From Octopus sinensis (taxonomy: Eukaryota): DNA of 64,000 nucleotides. The stretch is taken from positions 40,362,001 to 40,426,000 of the forward strand of contig NC_043004.1 in the NCBI RefSeq assembly GCF_006345805.1, given 5' to 3'. Made by a program: the position numbers and the translations under genes. Every line of letters starts with the position of its first letter. Position 1 is the stretch's first letter. Below, piece by piece: positions 61,260-64,000 of this stretch. The notes beneath the pieces were generated by a model that worked only from the letters and a program-made list of their open reading frames with translations, had not been told where the DNA came from and did no database searches.

Positions 61260-61910
61260 GTTTAACGTCCGTTTCCATGCTAGCATGGGTTGGACGGTTT
61301 GACCAGGGATCTGGGAAGCCAGAAGGCTGCACCAAGCTCCAGTCTGATCTGGCAATGTTTCTACGGCTGGATGCCCTTCCTAACGCCAACCACTCCATGA
61401 GTGTAGTGGATGCTTTTTACGTGCCAGGCGAGGCTGGCAATGGCCACGATCAGATTGGTGCATTTTACGTGCCACCAGCACGGGCCCAAATCATTCTACC
61501 TGATTCATATTCAAACTGGACAGATTCAGCCTCTAACATCTACCCAACAATCATCATCATCATCCTTTCACATCCGTTTTCTATGCTGGTATAGGTTAGA
61601 TGGTTTGACCAAAGCTGGCAAGCTGGGGAGCTGCACCAGGTTTTCCAATCTGATTTGGAATAGTTTCTACAGTTGGATGCCCTTCCTAATGCCAACCACT
61701 TTACGGTGTGTGCTGGGTGCTTTTAATGTGGCACTGGCATGAGCACATTTACATGGCACCAGCACATGTGCTTTTCACATGACACTGGCACAGGATTCTT
61801 GCTGGTCAATCTTCTTCACTAAGAGAGATGTGACCTTAACACTTCTGCTGTGAAGGACGGGTCTTCTTGAGTACAGCAAGGTGCTAAGTATCTCAGTCCA
61901 TTGTCCAAAA
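61185..61910 (-). mobile_element. two RTE-A-type 3' fragments
   Basis: (CAT)n tails at ~61260 and ~61560, terminal domains, VNTR-like units. Confidence 0.75.
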
Positions 61911-62109
61911 AATACCTACTCTAAAAATAAACATGTCCCCAAAAATACATACCCTAAAAATAAACAATCACATCACTGGAATTTTGAGTGGTGAGATAAT
62001 GCAAGATTAATTCAAAACAATGAGAATGAATAGATAAGCATTATACTAACAGACTGATCTGAATGCTAAAGGGTTAATGCTTAATAGTACTGTTTTTATC
62101 ATATTTTAC

Positions 62110-62522
62110 TTATTCTTTAACTCTTTTACTCTTTTACTTGCTTCAGTCATTTGACTGCGGCCATGCTGGAGCACCGCCTTTAGTTGAGCAAATCGACCCC
62201 AGGACTTATTCTTTGTAAGCCCAGTACTTATTGTATCAGTCTCCTTTGCCGAACCGCTATGTTATGGGGACGTAAACACACCAGCATCGGTTGTCAAGTG
62301 ATGTTGGGGGAACAAACACAGACACACAAACACACACACATATATATATCTACATATAAACGATGGGCTTCTTTCAGTTTCCATCAACCAGATCCACTCA
62401 CAAGGCTTTGGTTGGCCTGAGGCTATAGTAGAAGACACTTGCCCAAGGTGCCACACAGTGGGACTGAACCCGGAACCATATGGTTGGTAAGCAAACTACT
62501 TACCACACAGCCACTCCTACGC
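62110..62522 (-). mobile_element. SINE-A, full length
   Basis: ACTCTTTTAC tail to CACAGCCACTCC head. Confidence 0.85.
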
Positions 62523-62853
62523 CTGGTAAGGTCCTCTCTTACTTGGTAAGAGAGGACCAACAACTGACAGAATATTGTTGTTTAGTAACAGAACTTGCTG
62601 TATATGTCAGCTATTCTATTGAATGAGGCTGAACTTGCCACCATTCTATCATTCTATCTAGACAAAGGAGTCATCAAGGTGAGAAAGATCAAGACAAGGG
62701 CCGCTGAGGAGAGAGGTATCAAAAAGCTGAGTGTGCTCTTTTGTTGTAACAGCATTATTAATTTATGCACAGAATAGCCCATTATTGGATTAGTTCATTT
62801 TTTTTTTTTTTAACTGATCATGAATTCTGTTACATTAGTATCAAGGAATTTAC

Positions 62854-62988
62854 CGTTTTGATCTGAATAATAGCACTTAGGGGAAAACAATTTTCAGAAG
62901 AACATAGTATTCTATTGTTGTCACACCGCAAACAGTTTTCAGAGGAATGCTGCTGTTCGCTGCCATCGTTACACAGGGTACGCAATAC
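62854..62988 (-). CDS. candidate exon of an unidentified host gene
   Basis: acceptor CCCTCCTGTCGTTTACAG|G, donor ACG|GTAAAT, 135 nt open in phase 0, several retained CpGs. Confidence 0.33.
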
Positions 62989-63279
62989 CTGTAAACGACA
63001 GGAGGGTAGTAGTAGTAGTAGTAGTAGTATCAGTCCTTTTGATGGAAGGTTTGTTCAATCAGATCTGGCCTGAAGCTAAGCAACAATGATGACACAGCAC
63101 AAAGAGTTATACCATACTCATTAATCAAATAGACACACACACAAATGCACTCACTCACTCACACACACACACACATATTCATTCATGAACCAAATATATA
63201 CACACACATTACATACACACCATAATTACACACATATATACATAGTACACAGATGAACAAAACACAGATCGCACACACA

Positions 63280-63780
63280 GACTGTAATTAATTAGACACA
63301 GACATATCCACATACAACACAGATGCACCAAACATACATATTACACACGCTGTAATTACACAAACACAAACACAAAACATACACACACATACACACACAC
63401 TCTCTCTTTCTCTCTCCTTCACACATACACACACACTCTCTCTCTCTCTTTCTCTCTTCTTCCCACACATACTCACATACACACACACACTCTCTCTCTT
63501 TCTCTCTTCTTCACACACATACACACATACACACACACATACTCTCTTTCTCGCTCCTTCACACACTTACTCACACACACACTCTCTCTCTTTCTCTCTT
63601 CTTCACACACATACTCACATACACACATACACTCTCTCTCTTTCTCGCTCCTTCACACACATACACACAGAAATCTACACACACATGCACACTACATAGA
63701 TGCAAACACACATACACATCACTCACTGTAATTACATATGCATACTTACACACACATGCATGCACACACACACATACACA
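63280..63780. repeat. (CA)/(CT) compound minisatellite, ~36-40-bp units
   Basis: direct inspection. Confidence 0.9.
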
Positions 63781-63783
63781 GTG

Positions 63784-64000
63784 GAGGCACATGGCCTTGT
63801 GGTTAGAGTAGCGGACTCGCAGTCAAGGGATCATGGGTTCGAATCTCAGACCGTGCGATGTGTGTGTTTATGAGTGAAACACCTAAGCTCCACACGGCTC
63901 CGAAAGAAGGTAATGACGAACTTCTGCTGACTCTTTCGCCACAACTTTCTCTTACTCTTTCCTCCTGCATCTTGCAGCTCACCTATGATGGACCGGTGTA
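63784..64000 (+). mobile_element. SINE-C, tail variant 2, running off the window end
   Basis: GAGGCACATGGCC...GGTTCGAATCTC...TTGCAGCTCACCTATGATGGACCGG. Confidence 0.82.

Noticed and set aside
62611-62678. Plus-strand exon (AILLNEAELATILSFYLDKGVIK, donor AAG|GTGAGA)
   Set aside because: Poor polypyrimidine tract, no partner exons, no recognisable motif, and it sits opposite the stronger minus-strand candidate; unsupported without RNA data.

Overview
Eukaryotic, microsatellite-saturated, repeat-rich DNA. The SINE set and (TA)n/(TATG)n/(ATG)n load look like an octopus-type cephalopod genome (inference from recalled repeat families, not a database hit). No host gene is confidently recognised; the best exon candidate is 62854-62988 on the minus strand. 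Main contents: (1) two near-full-length RTE-clade LINEs of one family ('RTE-A', 1-4578 + and 18388-22119 -) with APE endonuclease, RT, a Cys4-His-Cys3 PHD-like finger after the RT, and a long 3' UTR holding a ~61-bp VNTR and a terminal stem-loop before a (TGA)n tail, plus about 15 short 3' copies; (2) a second RTE family inserted into an older RTE-A copy with a twin-priming-type 5' inversion and a 12-bp TSD; (3) an in-frame, RT-deleted HERO-like RLE retroelement; (4) a Penelope-like RT fossil and several (TA)n-flanked short repeats, some with hammerhead-ribozyme-like cores; (5) mariner, maT-like, hAT, pogo-, piggyBac- and Helitron-like fossils; (6) four tRNA-derived SINE families with modular tails; (7) many diverged local fold-back inverted repeats. 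Family labels SINE-A/B/C and RTE-A/B are my own working names. Boundaries of decayed repeats are approximate (tens of bp).
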